Of a DNA stretch of 36,112 bases, positions 35,204-36,112 are shown one piece after another (the first letter of the stretch is position 1; each line of letters opens with the position of its first letter). A program made the translations under genes and the position numbers. The notes beneath the pieces were generated by a model. That model did not search any database. It saw nothing but the letters and a program-made list of their open reading frames with translations, and was not told where the DNA came from. The stretch is taken from IMG/VR virus record IMGVR_UViG_3300048599_000769, positions 1-36,112 of that record. One strand, 5' to 3'. Source of the stretch: a virus. Lineage: Duplodnaviria; Caudoviricetes.

Positions 35204-35271
35204 TTTTACGGACGATTTTACGGGAAGGTTGCTTATCCACAGCGCAAAGCTGCGCAACCCATTGATTATAG
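35203..35271. promoter_or_regulatory. att arm: direct repeats and IHF site
   Basis: ATTTTACGG at 35203 and 35215; minus-strand AATCAAtgggTTG at 35255-35267 matches IHF consensus WATCAANNNNTTR. Confidence 0.6.
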
Positions 35272-35347
35272 TGGTGGGCCGTGATGGACTCGAACCATCG
35301 ACCAACGGATTAAAAGTCCGCTGCTCTACCAACTGAGCTAACGGCCC
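35272..35347 (-). tRNA. tRNA-Lys (UUU); probable integration site
   Basis: 76 nt GGGCCGTTAGCTCAGTTGGTAGAGC..CTTTTAA..GGTTCGAGTCC..CCA. Confidence 0.97.
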
Positions 35348-35395
35348 AAAAGGTCTGCGGCGTTCGCCGGAACGGCTTGCGCGCGAGGGACGCGA

Positions 35396-35424
35396 ATTCT
35401 AGGGCCTGCGGCTGCGTCGCACAA
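35396..35424 (-). promoter_or_regulatory. probable sigma-70 promoter of tRNA-Lys
   Basis: TTGTGC-17bp-TAGAAT on minus strand. Confidence 0.5.
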
Positions 35425-35443
35425 GCCGCATGACACCGGATCG

Positions 35444-36112
35444 CTAGCGATAGCGCGTCGGATCGGCGATGCCCGCGTCGCGAAAGCCTTCGGCACGCAG
35501 CCGGCATGCGTCGCAGTGCGCGCAGGCACGGCCGTCGTCGTCGGCCTGGTAGCACGACACCGTCGCGCCGAAATCGACGCCGAGCCGCACGCCTTCGCGC
35601 GCGATGTCGGCCTTGCTCATGCGCATGAGCGGCGCGTGCACGCGGATATGCGCGCCCTCGACGCCGGCCTTGGTCGCCACGTTCGCTAGCTGCTCGAAGC
35701 TTTCGATGAACGCCGGGCGGCAGTCGGGATAGCCCGAATAATCGACCGCGTTGACGCCGCACCAGATGTCGTTGGCGCCGAGCACCTCGGCCCAGCCGAG
35801 CGCGATCGACAGCATGATCGTGTTGCGCGCCGGCACGTAGGTGATCGGGATGCCCGCACCGCCCTCTTCCGGTACGTCGATATCGGCCGTCAGCGCCGAT
35901 CCGCCGATGCTGCGCAGGTCGACCGTCACGGTCTTGTGCGCCGTGACGCCGAGCATCGCGCAGACGCGGTCGGACGCGGTCAGTTCCGACAGATGCCGCT
36001 GGCCGTAGGCCACGGAGAGCGCATAGCACTCGAAACCCTGCGCGCGCGCCATCGCCAGCGCCACCGCCGAATCCATGCCGCCCGATACCAGAATCACAGC
36101 GCGTTTCGTCAT
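35444..36112 (-). CDS. queC: 7-cyano-7-deazaguanine synthase (host gene)
   Basis: [38 protein letters not shown]. Confidence 0.97.
   Translation of the reverse strand: MTKRAVILVSGGMDSAVALAMARAQGFECYALSVAYGQRHLSELTASDRVCAMLGVTAHKTVTVDLRSIGGSALTADIDVPEEGGAGIPITYVPARNTIMLSIALGWAEVLGANDIWCGVNAVDYSGYPDCRPAFIESFEQLANVATKAGVEGAHIRVHAPLMRMSKADIAREGVRLGVDFGATVSCYQADDDGRACAHCDACRLRAEGFRDAGIADPTRYR

Larger units (their letters stand above)
1..35271. mobile_element. lambda-like temperate prophage (other end outside the window)
   Basis: Integrase next to tRNA; cI/cro switch; replication, packaging, head, lysis and tail modules. Confidence 0.95.

Noticed and set aside
35444-36112. queC as a phage 7-deazaguanine DNA-modification or QatC-type defence gene
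   Set aside because: It lies beyond the tRNA/att boundary, looks like canonical host QueC, and no dpdA or qat partners are visible

Overview
Most of a lambda-like (gpA terminase, lambda-type portal) temperate prophage, integrated at the 3' end of a host tRNA-Lys(UUU) next to queC. The GC-rich host is probably a gammaproteobacterium (Xanthomonadales-like, inferred from the queC-tRNA-Lys context). The minus strand carries cro, a cII-like gene, primase, VapE-type helicase, an iteron-like origin, a putative cos, terminase, head, lysis and tail genes; the tail module runs to the left edge. The plus strand carries cI, then an early operon ending in xis-like and integrase genes. The standout feature is a multi-target diversity-generating retroelement (DGR) inside that early operon. 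One template repeat (TR, 32181-32318) lies in frame inside the 5' end of the reverse transcriptase ORF. Three variable repeats (VRs) sit at the 3' ends of three small DUF1566/Lcl-type (C-type-lectin-fold) genes, not tail fibre genes. All 44 hand-counted VR/TR mismatches are at TR adenines. The avd accessory gene is frameshifted, apparently by a short deletion, so the element may be frozen. All alignments, counts and family calls were made by eye, with no database searches.
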